Source of the DNA: an uncultured Chloroflexia bacterium | Lineage (GTDB): Bacteria > Chloroflexota > Limnocylindria > Limnocylindrales > CSP1-4 | Assembly (NCBI GenBank): GCA_963713975.1 | Contig: OY970218.1 | Span: forward strand, 1,376,001 to 1,440,000 | DNA length: 64,000 nt | Direction of reading: 5' to 3' | Shown: one piece after another, positions 28,353 to 38,679 of the stretch | Layout of the letters: every line of letters starts with the position of its first letter | Numbering within the stretch: the first letter of the stretch is position 1 | Notes under the pieces: model-generated | What the model saw: only the letters and a program-made list of their open reading frames with translations | Told to the model about the DNA's origin: nothing | The model's database searches: none | Program-made: the position numbers and the translations under genes

Positions 28353-28892
28353 GTGGCTCGAGCATCGCGGGAGGACCGCGAGGACCGGAAGCAATCAATG
28401 GAGGAGCGCCGCACACAGCGGATCGGCCTCCGGCGGCTGCTGGGCCTGCTCGTGTTCCTGCCCCTGACCAGCCGGGCGCCGATGTACGGTCGCCTGCTCT
28501 GGGAGCTGGTCCGCGACGACCGGACGCCGACCGGACGGAAGGTCGTGCTGGCCGCAGCCCTGGGCTATCTTGCGCTGGGCCGGGACCTGGTCCCGGATGA
28601 TCTCCCGGTGATCGGCGGGATCGACGACATCGTGGTCGTGGTCCTGGCGGTGGACCTGTTCCTGGACGGCGTTCCCCAGGACGTGCTGGACGAGAAGCTG
28701 GACGACCTCGGTATCGACCGGCGGACGTTCCGGAGCGACGTCACGAGGTTCCGGCGCTTCACACCGGGGGTGCTCAGGCGCATCATTCGCCGTGCACCCG
28801 GGATGCTGGTGTTTGCCGGCGACACGCTGCACAACAACAGGGTCGGACCGCGGGTCCGCGCCTGGATCAACACGGAGGGTTCGAACGCGTGA
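28353..28892 (+). CDS. YkvA/DUF1232-family membrane protein; start uncertain
   Basis: [29 protein letters not shown]. Confidence 0.8.
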   Translation: MARASREDREDRKQSMEERRTQRIGLRRLLGLLVFLPLTSRAPMYGRLLWELVRDDRTPTGRKVVLAAALGYLALGRDLVPDDLPVIGGIDDIVVVVLAVDLFLDGVPQDVLDEKLDDLGIDRRTFRSDVTRFRRFTPGVLRRIIRRAPGMLVFAGDTLHNNRVGPRVRAWINTEGSNA

Positions 28893-29335
28893 AGGTGATC
28901 CTGACGAAGGATGTCCCGAAGCTCGGCAAGACGGGCGAGATGAAGACGGTCGCTGACGGGTACGCCCAGAACTTCCTCATCCCGCAGAAGCTTGCCGTGT
29001 CCGCCGCGGGTGGCGCCTATCGCGCGTACCAGCACGACATCGCGAGCCGCGAGGAGAAGCGCCAGCGGGAGCGGGCGGACGCGGAGATCGCCGCGACCCG
29101 CATCGGGAGCACGACGCTGACCATGGGCGTCAAGGTGGGCGAGGGCGGCAAGCTCTATGGCTCCATCAACAACCAGGACATCGCGGAGGCCCTCGGGCGG
29201 CGCGGGATCGTGGTGGACAAGCACAAGATCGAGCTGGACTCGCCGATCAAGTCGCTCGGCACCTACAAGGTCGCGATCAGGGTCTTCTCGGGCATGACGC
29301 CCGAGGTGACGATCGTGGTCGAGCCCAAGGGCTGA
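28889..29335 (+). CDS. rplI: 50S ribosomal protein L9
   Basis: [29 protein letters not shown] and GKLYGSI. Confidence 0.97.
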   Translation: MKVILTKDVPKLGKTGEMKTVADGYAQNFLIPQKLAVSAAGGAYRAYQHDIASREEKRQRERADAEIAATRIGSTTLTMGVKVGEGGKLYGSINNQDIAEALGRRGIVVDKHKIELDSPIKSLGTYKVAIRVFSGMTPEVTIVVEPKG

Positions 29336-29402
29336 CGCACGGCGGGCCCGTCACCCGCAGCCCTTCCGGTGCCCGCACCGTACACGGCACCCGCAAACCC
29401 TT

Positions 29403-29432
29403 CTCGCCCGGACCCGATGGGGCCCGGGCGAG
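29403..29432. terminator. GC-rich hairpin after rplI
   Basis: CTCGCCCGG..CCGGGCGAG inverted repeat. Confidence 0.5.
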
Positions 29433-29470
29433 CCTAATTCACGCCCGGGGCGGCGCTACACTCCCGCCCG

Positions 29471-30688
29471 ATGACACCCGGCGGCGCTCGGCGAACCTCG
29501 CGCGACTGGCGCTATCGACTCCCCGTGCTCCCGGAGGGCCTGGGCGAGGCCCTGTGGCTGTTCGTCGTGATGCGCGTGGGCCTCGGGCTATTCGCCCTGT
29601 TCGTGTGGGCACAGGTCTCGGTCCCGGGGCCATGCCACTTCGAGCTGGCCCAGGACGGCTGGACGACCGTTCCACCCCTCGCCAGCTCCGGGTTCGACTT
29701 CCCGCTGGTCGGGGTCTGGCAGCGTTGGGATGCCTGCTGGTACTCCAAGGTTGCGACCTTCGGGTACGAGGCGGGCACCGACGCGGTGAACTTCTGGCCG
29801 CTGCTGCCCGGTCTGATGCGCTTCGCGGCCTGGCCGCTGGGCGGCAACGTCGCCCTGAGCGGGCTGGTCGTCTCGGGCGTCGCCTACGTCGCGGCCATGA
29901 CGGGCCTGTACCGGCTGGTGACCCTCGACTTCGACGAGGATGTCGCGCGGCGGACGGTGCTGTTCATCACGATCGCGCCCGCCGCGTTCTTCCTGTTCGC
30001 ACCGTTCACCGAGGCGCCGTTCCTGGCCCTCACCGTGTGGGCGATTCTGGCGGCACGGCAGCGCATGTGGGCCCTGGCCGCCATCGTCGGCCTGCTGGCC
30101 GGCCTCACCCGCATCCAGGGCGTGTTCCTCGTCCTCCCGATCGCGTGGGAGGCGTGGATCGCCTGGCGTGACCGTCGGGCGCAGGCAGGTCTGGTGATGC
30201 CGTCGCTGTCGTCGATCGTGGCCGCCGCGGCGCCGGCGATCGGGTTCGGATCGTTCCTGCTGGCCACGTCCGTGATCGCGGGCCGGACGCCGCTCGACAC
30301 CCAGGACGTGTGGGGCGGCAAGAGCTTCCACCCGCCGTGGGAGGTGTTCGACGCGAGCCTGCGCTGGATTGTGGACCACCAGGACTCGCTCCAGGCCCTC
30401 AACCTCGCGATGCTGGTGCTGTTCATCTTCCTCGTGGTGGCGGGCATCCGCCGCCTGCCGGTCTCGTACTCACTGCTCGCGATCCCACAGGTCGCGCTGA
30501 TCGCCATCCGCATCCAGCCGACGCCGCTGACGTCAACCGCACGCCTGCTGGAGGTCGTGTTCCCGGCGTTCGTCGTCATCGCCCTGTTCGCAGGTGGACG
30601 GCGGCGAGCGGTGACCTGGACCATCCTGTCCCTGCTCGCCCTCGGCGCGCTGACCTGGCTGTTCGTGATCGGCGACTGGGTGGCCTGA
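29471..30688 (+). CDS. PIG-V-like (GT76-type) membrane mannosyltransferase
   Basis: WQRWDACWYSKVATFGY, NFWPLLP, APFTEAPFL and LTRIQG motifs. Confidence 0.8.
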   Translation: MTPGGARRTSRDWRYRLPVLPEGLGEALWLFVVMRVGLGLFALFVWAQVSVPGPCHFELAQDGWTTVPPLASSGFDFPLVGVWQRWDACWYSKVATFGYEAGTDAVNFWPLLPGLMRFAAWPLGGNVALSGLVVSGVAYVAAMTGLYRLVTLDFDEDVARRTVLFITIAPAAFFLFAPFTEAPFLALTVWAILAARQRMWALAAIVGLLAGLTRIQGVFLVLPIAWEAWIAWRDRRAQAGLVMPSLSSIVAAAAPAIGFGSFLLATSVIAGRTPLDTQDVWGGKSFHPPWEVFDASLRWIVDHQDSLQALNLAMLVLFIFLVVAGIRRLPVSYSLLAIPQVALIAIRIQPTPLTSTARLLEVVFPAFVVIALFAGGRRRAVTWTILSLLALGALTWLFVIGDWVA

Positions 30689-30712
30689 CGACGTCGTCCG
30701 GCTCGCGGGCGC

Positions 30713-32014
30713 TCAGAAGTCCACGAAGTCGATCGAGATCGCCCAGATCGCGTAGGCGCAGAACAGGATCGACGCCACGGCGGCGGCGGCCGCCAGCCTC
30801 GACCAGCCACGCGCGATGACGGTCGCCAGGATCACGAACAGCAGCAGCTGGAAGTCGAGGCTGAAGCGGTACCCGAACTGCGTGAGCCCGACGTTGCCGT
30901 GGGTGATGATTGGGAGGGAGACGATCGCCACGGCGAGGAGCGCCCACGCGACCACCGGGGTGCGCAGGCGCGCCTTGAACAGCCACAGGTAGAGCGGCGT
31001 GGTGAGGAAGATGCCCAGACCCCACCACGACGGCTGGAGCCACGGTGCGTCGTCGACGTAGTTCCAGCTCCGGAACAGGATCGCGAACACGTTGCGCGGG
31101 ATGTACCAGGGCGACAGGATCCCGTGCTTGGCATAGATCGGGTCCTCGAGGACACCGGGGATGGCCGTGTAGCTCTGGTCGAGGATCGTGCCCCAGCGGG
31201 CCATGTTGAAGGCGACGTAGATCAGGGCCGGCACGGCGAGGCCGAGGCCGAACACGACCACGGTGCGGACGACGCGCCGGGCGTCCATGGACCGGATCGC
31301 CGCCAGACCCGGGAAGCCGAGTTGCGCCGCCAGCACGAACGGCAGCGCCAGGCCCACGGGCAGGCGGCACAGGGCGGCGAGCCCCAGCAGCAGCCCCGCC
31401 AGCCACGCCCGCCGTCTGGTCAGCGCGCACAGCACGGAGGCGGCGAGCAGGAGCACCGCCGCCACGTGCGCGAAGTACCAGGCGGAGCCGCCGATGGAGA
31501 CGAACCAGAACGCCGTCCCGAACGCGAACACGACCGCCAGCCCCAGCCGGTCCCGGATCCGGAGCGGCAGGCCCAGCCGCCCGAGGACCAGGTATACGAG
31601 CCCCACGGCCAGGCCCGCGTACAGCGAGCTGTAGACCTGGGCCGGAAACTCGCGGCCGAACAGGGCGACGAACGGGAGGGCAAGCACCGCTGGCACGGGC
31701 GGGTAGGCCACGTACCAGCGGTTGTCGCCCGCCGGGATGAGCTCGTTGAGCCAGGACGGCGCCTCGTCCAGCCAGTAGCGGCCATGGAGGAAGGCGTCGG
31801 CAAGGCGGTTGAAGTAGTCCAGGGCCTGCGGCTCGGCCTTCGCCGTGAGCAGGTACACCCCGGCCGCCAGGGTGGACATGAGCAGGAAGCCCCACAGGTC
31901 CGGGCGGCGCTCCGCGCGCCTCACCAGGGCCGCGCCGGCGGTCTCGCCGAGGTAGTCGCGGATCCGGGAGAACGCCCCTGGTCGTGGCGCCTCGATCGTG
32001 GTGCCGTCTGCCAA
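30713..32014 (-). CDS. Polytopic membrane protein, GT-C-like; start uncertain
   Basis: YFNRLADAFLHGR, YVAYPPVPA, FNMARWG and QFGYRFSLDF motifs. Confidence 0.65.
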   Translation of the reverse strand: MADGTTIEAPRPGAFSRIRDYLGETAGAALVRRAERRPDLWGFLLMSTLAAGVYLLTAKAEPQALDYFNRLADAFLHGRYWLDEAPSWLNELIPAGDNRWYVAYPPVPAVLALPFVALFGREFPAQVYSSLYAGLAVGLVYLVLGRLGLPLRIRDRLGLAVVFAFGTAFWFVSIGGSAWYFAHVAAVLLLAASVLCALTRRRAWLAGLLLGLAALCRLPVGLALPFVLAAQLGFPGLAAIRSMDARRVVRTVVVFGLGLAVPALIYVAFNMARWGTILDQSYTAIPGVLEDPIYAKHGILSPWYIPRNVFAILFRSWNYVDDAPWLQPSWWGLGIFLTTPLYLWLFKARLRTPVVAWALLAVAIVSLPIITHGNVGLTQFGYRFSLDFQLLLFVILATVIARGWSRLAAAAAVASILFCAYAIWAISIDFVDF

Positions 32015-32102
32015 GCGTCAGGCTCCCTGCGGCTGTCGTGGGCTGAGGGTACCAACCGGGACCTGCAGACGACGGTCCGCCCTGGGGCGCAGAATCCGCG
32101 GC

Positions 32103-33431
32103 GTGACCAGCCGCACCATCCTCCACGTCGACCTGGACGCGTTCTTCGCGGCCGTGGAGCAGCGCGACCGGCCCGAGCTTCGCGGGCGCCCGGTCATCGT
32201 GGGCGGCGGCGGGCCCGACCAGCGCGGCGTGGTCTCGGCGGCGAGCTACGAGGCACGCAAGTTTGGCGTCCACTCCGCGATGCCGCTGCGAACGGCGGGC
32301 CGGCTGTGCCCGCAGGGCGTGTTCCTCCCGGTCGACGGTCGCAAGTACCAGGCCGCGAGCCGCGAGGTCATGGCGATCCTGCGGCGGTTCACGCCCCAGG
32401 TCCAGCCGATCTCCATCGACGAGGCGTTCCTGGACGTGACCGCCAGCCGGGCCCTGTTCGGGGACGGCGATGTCATCGCCCGCATGATCAAGACCGCGGT
32501 CACCGACGAGGTGGGGTTGACGGCGTCGGTCGGGGTCGCCACCACCAAGCTGGTGGCCAAGGTCGCGTCCGACCTGCGCAAGCCTGACGGCCTGGTGGTG
32601 GTGCCGCCCGGAGAGGAGGCGGCGTTCCTGGCTCCGCTGCCCATCTCGCGCCTGTGGGGCGTGGGCGAGAAGACGGCCGCAGCGCTGGCCGAGTTCGGGG
32701 TGCGGACCATCGGTGACCTGGCGGCGCTGCCGCCGGACGCGCTTGAGCGCCGGTTTGGCAGGCACGGGGCCGCGCTGGTCGGGCGCGCGCGTGGTATCGA
32801 TCCCGACCCGGTGGCGACCGGGGACCCCGCGAAGTCGATCGGGCACGAGCACACGTTCGACGTGGACACGTCCGACCGCGAGGTGATCGAGCGGACCCTC
32901 CTGGGCATGGCCGACGGTGTGGCGTGGCGGTTGCGCTCCGCCGGGCTGCGGACGGCAACCGTGACGCTCAAGCTGCGCGACTCGTCGTTCACCACCATCA
33001 CCCGCCAGGCGGGCCTGGACGTGCCGGCGGACCTCACCGAGCCCATCTACGACGCCGCCCTGCGACTGCTGCGCAATGAGCTCCACGGGCAGCGGATCCG
33101 GCTGGTCGGCGTCACCGCCTCCAACTTCCGGGACCGCGAGCAGCTGGCGTTGTTCGGAGGGGGAGAGGACCCTCGTCGTCACGCGGCGGCCGAGGCCCTG
33201 GATGTCATCAGGCGCAAGTACGGCGAGCGGGCAGTGACACGGGGGCGCCTCGTGCGTGCCGGGGTGCCGACGGTCTTCGAGCGGGACCCGAACTCTGCCG
33301 TGGAGGGACGGCTCGGGGTCCCCGAGGCGCCAACCGGCCGGCGACGGGGCGGCGAGGACGCGGCGGACGGCGATGCCGGCGCCACGGACGCCAACCTCGA
33401 GGTCGACCCGCCCGGCCCCGAGGAGCCGTAG
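32103..33431 (+). CDS. dinB: DNA polymerase IV (Y-family)
   Basis: ILHVDLDAFFAAVEQ, AASYEARKFGV, SIDEAFLD and ASDLRKPDG motifs. Confidence 0.95.
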   Translation: MTSRTILHVDLDAFFAAVEQRDRPELRGRPVIVGGGGPDQRGVVSAASYEARKFGVHSAMPLRTAGRLCPQGVFLPVDGRKYQAASREVMAILRRFTPQVQPISIDEAFLDVTASRALFGDGDVIARMIKTAVTDEVGLTASVGVATTKLVAKVASDLRKPDGLVVVPPGEEAAFLAPLPISRLWGVGEKTAAALAEFGVRTIGDLAALPPDALERRFGRHGAALVGRARGIDPDPVATGDPAKSIGHEHTFDVDTSDREVIERTLLGMADGVAWRLRSAGLRTATVTLKLRDSSFTTITRQAGLDVPADLTEPIYDAALRLLRNELHGQRIRLVGVTASNFRDREQLALFGGGEDPRRHAAAEALDVIRRKYGERAVTRGRLVRAGVPTVFERDPNSAVEGRLGVPEAPTGRRRGGEDAADGDAGATDANLEVDPPGPEEP

Positions 33432-33517
33432 CCACAGCTGGTGGTGGGCCGACGATCCACCTCGATGACGTGACACGCAACCTGTCACGGGCGGCGCCAA
33501 TTCTTCGCCCACGACGC

Positions 33518-33570
33518 TTGACATCGAACACCTGTTCGGTCTAGTGTCCGGGGAAACGAACAGACGTTCT
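33518..33570 (+). promoter_or_regulatory. Promoter with two SOS boxes
   Basis: TTGACA (33518), CGAACACCTGTTCG (33525-33538), TAGTGT (33542); second box CGAACAGACGTTCT (33557-33570). Confidence 0.85.
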
Positions 33571-33625
33571 CATCCGGAGTGCCCCCGGCTGACGACGACC
33601 CCGCCGCGTGAAGGAGATCACCACC

Positions 33626-33895
33626 ATGGCGATGGTTCGCGTCGCACCGGTCACCGTCCAGGTCCGAACCGACTGGTTCAATGGCGTGCCCCGGGAGGTC
33701 ACCTGGGGGGAGGAACGCCTGCAGGTCACCCGCCTCGTCTCCGTCCGGGAGGAGCGCAGGGCCTACCCGGCGATTACCGGCCCGCGCACGCTGTTCGAGG
33801 TGGACACTCCCGCGCTGCGACTCGCGCTGACCTTCCAGCACCGGTCGCGACGCTGGACGATCGATGGCATGGACGAGGTCGGACAGGCCGCCTGA
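33626..33895 (+). CDS. Small SOS-regulated beta-rich protein (DUF6504-like)
   Basis: AAGGAGA SD; P.EVTW.....V..L...W/E..F.V....L.....W.IDG pattern; adjacent to dinB. Confidence 0.7.
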   Translation: MAMVRVAPVTVQVRTDWFNGVPREVTWGEERLQVTRLVSVREERRAYPAITGPRTLFEVDTPALRLALTFQHRSRRWTIDGMDEVGQAA

Positions 33896-34097
33896 CGTCC
33901 GCCCACCACATGCGGGGTCGCGGCTCCTCTCCGTCGGCCCCCGGGTCGGCTGCGGGGCGGGCGCTGAAGTGCTCGCCCCGCGGACCACGCCACGCTCGCT
34001 CCTGCCGAGGCGCACCGTGCGGGACGGGCCGATCGTCCCATGTGCGTGGACGGAGCGGCCCACACCGGCGCTTCGCCGCATCTCTACAATCCGGGAC

Positions 34098-34766
34098 GTG
34101 GAACCGAACGCCCGCTTTCGCGACCTGACGGTCGCCGACTTCGTCCAGCAGCTCGCCTCCGGTGAGCCCGTCCCCGGCGGTGGTGCTGCCGCCGCGATCG
34201 CCGGCAGCCTAGGTGCGGCCCTGGTCGCGATGGTCGCCAACCTCTCCACGGACCGGCCCAGGTACGCTGAGCACGCCGCGCTCCACGTTCAGGCCGCGAC
34301 CGCGGCGCAGGCGCTGGTCGAGCGCTTCCTTGCCCTCGCGGACGAGGATGCCACCGCGTACTCGGGCTACGGCGTGGCGATGAAGATGCCGCGCGACACC
34401 GACGAGGAGAAGGCGGCCCGAGCCGCCGCGATCCGTGGGGCCGCCCACGCCGCCACGATGGCCCCGCTGCGCACGGTGGAGGCCACCCTCGGGATCGTCG
34501 AGCTGTCGGAGGCCCTCGCCGGCCGCAGCAACAGGAACGCCTCGTCGGACCTGGAGGTCGCCGCCCTGATGGCCGTGGCCGCCTGTCGTTCCGCCGCGGC
34601 GAACGTGTACATCAACCTGCCCGCGATCGGTGATGAGACGGTCGCCCGCGACCTGTTCGGGCGGACCGAGGAGCTCGCGGACGCCGTCGAGCGCCTGGCC
34701 TCCCAGACCCGCGAGCAGGTGCGGAGCGGCAACGCGCGGGACCCGCTGCCCAGTCCGTCCGCATGA
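34098..34766 (+). CDS. Formiminotetrahydrofolate cyclodeaminase (FTCD C-terminal family)
   Basis: LASGEPVPGGGAAAA..GAALVAMVANL, NRNASSD and NVYINL; TACAAT 7 nt before the GTG. Confidence 0.88.
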   Translation: MEPNARFRDLTVADFVQQLASGEPVPGGGAAAAIAGSLGAALVAMVANLSTDRPRYAEHAALHVQAATAAQALVERFLALADEDATAYSGYGVAMKMPRDTDEEKAARAAAIRGAAHAATMAPLRTVEATLGIVELSEALAGRSNRNASSDLEVAALMAVAACRSAAANVYINLPAIGDETVARDLFGRTEELADAVERLASQTREQVRSGNARDPLPSPSA

Positions 34767-35686
34767 CCGCGCTGGGCGACGAGGGGCCCCGCCTCCTGCG
34801 CGGCGGCCCGATCGCCACCGCGATCCGGGAGCAGGTCGCGGTCGACGTGGCCACCTTCCGAGGGGACTTCGGCTACGCGCCCGCCCTCGCGGTGGTCGTG
34901 GTGGGCAGGGACGCACCCTCGGCGGTGTACCTCCACAAGATCCTCGACGGCTGCCGGCTGGTGGGCATCGAGGACCGCCTCATCGAGCTCCCGGCAGACG
35001 CCACCGAGGCCGACATCGCGGGCGCCATCCGGACGCTCCAGGCCGATCCGGTCGTGGCCGGGATCATCACCCAGATGCCCCTGCCACCCGGCATCGGGCT
35101 CAAGGCCGTGATCGACGTCCTGGACCCGATGCGCGACATCGACGGCATCCACCCGCTCAACGCCGGGCTCCTCTCGCTGGGCTACGACGGCTTCCTCCCG
35201 GCGACCGCCCACGCCGCGGTGGAGATCCTGGTCAAGAGCGGCATCGACCTCGCCGGCAAGCACGCGGTCGTGGTCGGGCGGTCCAACGTGGTGGGCAAGC
35301 CCGCGGCGCTCCTGCTGCTGCGGGAGAACGCCACGGTCACCGTGTGCCACAGCAGGACCGCGGGCCTCGCCTCGGTGATCCGCACGGCCGACATCGTGGT
35401 CGTCGCGATCGGGCGGGCCCGCATGATCACGGGCGACATGCTGAAACCGGGTGCCGTCGTCGTGGACGTGGGCATCAACGTGGTCGACGGCAGGCTGACC
35501 GGCGACGTGGACTTCGCCTCGGCCAGCCGGGTCGCCTCGGCCATCACCCCGGTGCCCGGCGGGGTGGGGCCCCTGACCAACGCGATCCTGCTCACCCACC
35601 TCGTGCAAGCGGCCCGGGCGCAGGCGACCGGCCGCGTGCCGCTCGGTGCCCGATCCCTCGCCGTTCCCCTTCCGGAGGCCCGCTGA
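34763..35686 (+). CDS. folD: Methylene-THF dehydrogenase/cyclohydrolase
   Basis: [27 protein letters not shown] and [11 protein letters not shown] motifs. Confidence 0.95.
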   Translation: MTALGDEGPRLLRGGPIATAIREQVAVDVATFRGDFGYAPALAVVVVGRDAPSAVYLHKILDGCRLVGIEDRLIELPADATEADIAGAIRTLQADPVVAGIITQMPLPPGIGLKAVIDVLDPMRDIDGIHPLNAGLLSLGYDGFLPATAHAAVEILVKSGIDLAGKHAVVVGRSNVVGKPAALLLLRENATVTVCHSRTAGLASVIRTADIVVVAIGRARMITGDMLKPGAVVVDVGINVVDGRLTGDVDFASASRVASAITPVPGGVGPLTNAILLTHLVQAARAQATGRVPLGARSLAVPLPEAR

Positions 35687-35687
35687 C

Positions 35688-37394
35688 ATGCCCTTCCCGT
35701 CCGACCTCGAGATCGCCCGACAGGTCACGCCCCGCCCAATCGTCGAGATCGCCCGCGAGCTCGGCTTCGCTGACGACGAGATCGAGCTGTACGGCAGCGC
35801 CAAGGCCAAGATCACGATCGAGGGCATCGAGCGCGCCGAGCGCGAGCACGGCCGCGGCAAGTACGTGCTGGTGACGGCCATCAGCCCCACCCCGCTGGGC
35901 GAGGGCAAGAGCACCACCACTGTCGGGCTCGCCCAGGGCCTGGGGCGGATCGGCAAGAAGGCGGCCGTCGCCATCCGCCAGCCCAGCCTGGGCCCGGTGT
36001 TCGGGATCAAGGGCGGGGCCGCGGGCGGCGGCTACAGCCAGGTCATCCCGATGGAAGACTTCAACCTCCACCTCACGGGCGACGTCCACGCCATCGGGGC
36101 TGCCCACAACCTCGCGGCGGCTTTCATCGACAACCACATCCACCATGGCAACGCGCTCTCAATCGACGCCAACAACGTGCTCTGGCCGCGCGTCCTCGAC
36201 ATCAGCGACCGCGCCCTGCGCGAGGTGGTGATCGGGTTGGGCGGCAAGGAGAACGGCTACCCCCGCCAGGGGTCGTTCGTGATCACCGTCGCGTCCGAGG
36301 TCATGGCGATCCTCGCCCTCGCCTCGAACCTCAAGGACCTCCGCGCGAGGCTTGGCCGGATCGTGCTCGCGACCCGCAAGGACGGCACCCCCGTCACGGC
36401 CGAGGACCTCAAGGTCGCGGGGTCGATGGCGGTCCTGCTCAAGGACGCGTTGAAGCCCAACCTGATGCAGACCCTCGAGGGGGGGCCGGCCTTCGTTCAC
36501 TGCGGCCCGTTCGGCAACATCGCCCACGGCAACAACAGCGTCCTCGCCGACCGGGCGGCGCTCGCGTCGGCCGACATCGTGGTCACGGAGGCAGGCTTCG
36601 GGGCCGACATGGGCGCCGAGAAGTTCTTCGACATCAAGTGCCGGGCCTCGGGCCTTGCCCCCGATGCGGCCGTCATGGTGGCCACCATCCGGGCGCTCAA
36701 GATGCACGGCGGCGTGGGCCGGATCGTGGCCGGCAAGCCGCTCGACCCGGCCCTGCTCGAGGACAATCCCGAGGCGGTCCGACGGGGCGGCGTCAACCTC
36801 GCCAAGCAGATCGAGAACGTGCGCGCCTACGGCGTGCCGGTCGTGGTGGCGATCAACGTCTTCCCCACCGATACCGAGGCCGAGATCGCCGCGGTCAAGG
36901 GGGTGGCCCTCGCGGCCGGCGCCCGCGATGCCGTCGTCGCCCGCCACTTCACCGACGGCGGTGCGGGTGCAGAGGACCTCGCCCACGCGGTCTGGGCTGC
37001 CGCCGAAGAGGGCGCACCCGACTTCGGGCTGCTCTATCCCGACGACATGAGCCTGCGGGACAAGATCGAGACGATCGCGACCCGTATCTACGGGGCGGAC
37101 GGCGTGGACTACGCGCCCGCCGCGACCAGGAGCCTCACGCAGTACGAGGACCTGGGCTACGGCCACCTGCCCGTGTGCATGGCCAAGACCCAGTACAGCC
37201 TGTCCCACGACGCCAAGCTCCTCGGCCGCCCCAGCGGCTACCGGCTGCCGGTCCGGGAGGTCCGTCTGTCCGCGGGCGCGGGGTTCATCACCCCGCTGTG
37301 CGGTGACATGCGCACGATGCCGGGCCTCCCCAGCCGGCCCGGCGGGGAGCGCATCGACATCGACGACGCCGGGGACGTGGTCGGCCTCTTCTAG
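35688..37394 (+). CDS. fhs: Formate--tetrahydrofolate ligase
   Basis: [43 protein letters not shown] and TMPGLP motifs. Confidence 0.97.
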   Translation: MPFPSDLEIARQVTPRPIVEIARELGFADDEIELYGSAKAKITIEGIERAEREHGRGKYVLVTAISPTPLGEGKSTTTVGLAQGLGRIGKKAAVAIRQPSLGPVFGIKGGAAGGGYSQVIPMEDFNLHLTGDVHAIGAAHNLAAAFIDNHIHHGNALSIDANNVLWPRVLDISDRALREVVIGLGGKENGYPRQGSFVITVASEVMAILALASNLKDLRARLGRIVLATRKDGTPVTAEDLKVAGSMAVLLKDALKPNLMQTLEGGPAFVHCGPFGNIAHGNNSVLADRAALASADIVVTEAGFGADMGAEKFFDIKCRASGLAPDAAVMVATIRALKMHGGVGRIVAGKPLDPALLEDNPEAVRRGGVNLAKQIENVRAYGVPVVVAINVFPTDTEAEIAAVKGVALAAGARDAVVARHFTDGGAGAEDLAHAVWAAAEEGAPDFGLLYPDDMSLRDKIETIATRIYGADGVDYAPAATRSLTQYEDLGYGHLPVCMAKTQYSLSHDAKLLGRPSGYRLPVREVRLSAGAGFITPLCGDMRTMPGLPSRPGGERIDIDDAGDVVGLF

Positions 37395-37435
37395 GGAGAA
37401 GCCACCGGGCGGCCGCCCGGATCGCGAGGAGGCCT

Positions 37436-38389
37436 GTGGCGATCATCGACGCGCTTGGCCGGGTGCTCCCGGTCCTGCTCCTGTTCGTGCTGGGTGCGGT
37501 GCTGCGCCGGCGGGCCTTCCTGGCCGAGTCGACGATCATCGACCTACGGCGGTTCGTCCTCGCCATCACGCTGCCCTCGGCACTGTTCCTTACCTTCCTG
37601 CGCGTCTCGCTGGAGCTGCGCTACCTGCCGATCGTGGTGCTCGTGTTCCTGGCGTGCGCGGGGATGCTGGTCGCCGGGCCCTATCTGTGTCGCCTCGTCG
37701 GCGTGCGCTCGCCGTTCACGGGTCCGCTCATGACCGGCTTCGAGGCCGGGATGCTGGGGTACGCGATCTACGGCGGCGTGTTCGGCCAGGAGGCCTTGTA
37801 CCGGTTCGGGATCATCGATCTCGGCCAGGTTCTGTTCGTGTTCTTTGTCCTGGCGACGATGCTCACACGGCGGGCCACCGGCATCACCCCCGGGCTGCGG
37901 GACACGGTGGGCAGCTTCCTGCGGACGCCCGTGATCCTCGCCATCCTTGCCGGCGTCGTCGGCAACATGGTGGGACTGGGCCCGGCGATGGACGCTTCGC
38001 CGCTGACCTCATCGCTGCTGACGACGCTGGGCCTGCTGGCCGCCTGCACGACACCGCTCATCGCGATCGTGATCGGGTACAGCACGCGGCTCGGCGCGGG
38101 GGCGCTGAGCCGGCCGGCGCGAACGGTCGCCGTCCGCCTGACCGTCTGGGTGCTGCTCGCAATCGTCTTCACCAAGGTGATCGTGCAGGGCGTCCTGGGG
38201 CTGGATGCCCTGTTCGGGGCCGCGGTGATGACGATGGCGATCCTGCCGCCACCGTTCGTGATCCCGCTGTACATGGGTTCCCGGCCGGAGGACGAGCAGG
38301 AGCGTGACTACGTGGCCGACACGCTGTCGCTGGCAACCGTGGTCACGCTGGTGGCGTTCCCGGTCGTGGCGGCGGTATTCACCGGCTGA
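37436..38389 (+). CDS. AEC (auxin efflux carrier)-family transporter
   Basis: About 10 TM helices, ITLPSALF, two-repeat layout; GGAGG SD. Confidence 0.65.
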   Translation: MAIIDALGRVLPVLLLFVLGAVLRRRAFLAESTIIDLRRFVLAITLPSALFLTFLRVSLELRYLPIVVLVFLACAGMLVAGPYLCRLVGVRSPFTGPLMTGFEAGMLGYAIYGGVFGQEALYRFGIIDLGQVLFVFFVLATMLTRRATGITPGLRDTVGSFLRTPVILAILAGVVGNMVGLGPAMDASPLTSSLLTTLGLLAACTTPLIAIVIGYSTRLGAGALSRPARTVAVRLTVWVLLAIVFTKVIVQGVLGLDALFGAAVMTMAILPPPFVIPLYMGSRPEDEQERDYVADTLSLATVVTLVAFPVVAAVFTG

Positions 38390-38443
38390 GGTGCCGCTCC
38401 GCTCGCCTTGATCGCATTGTGATCGTCCGGATCCTCGTTGCGC

Positions 38444-38617
38444 TCAGGCGTTGAAGGCGAAGCCCGTCGCGACGACGAAGCCGGCGGTGACGATCAGTGC
38501 GGCGATGACGCCCAGCACGCCGGCCCCCCACATCGACCAGCCGATGGGGCCGAGGCTGTCAGTGTCATGGCCGTGCTCGTCGTCGCCGTGGTCTGCTGCT
38601 GCGCCGTGGTCGCTCAT
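38444..38617 (-). CDS. Small His/Asp-rich single-TM protein
   Basis: MSDHGAAADHGDDEHGHD..LGPIGW..WGAG followed by a TM helix. Confidence 0.6.
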   Translation of the reverse strand: MSDHGAAADHGDDEHGHDTDSLGPIGWSMWGAGVLGVIAALIVTAGFVVATGFAFNA

Positions 38618-38679
38618 CGTGTCTCGCACTACCTCCGGCGGCCATTCTCCCACGACCGCCCTGCCGATAGACTGGCAAC

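Noticed and set aside
30576-33524. 982-aa minus-strand ORF and other long antisense ORFs (56108-58927, 43206-44960, 34367-36010)
   Set aside because: Shadow ORFs opposite or overlapping clear genes (dinB, adhesin, hutU, folD), with no recognisable motifs.
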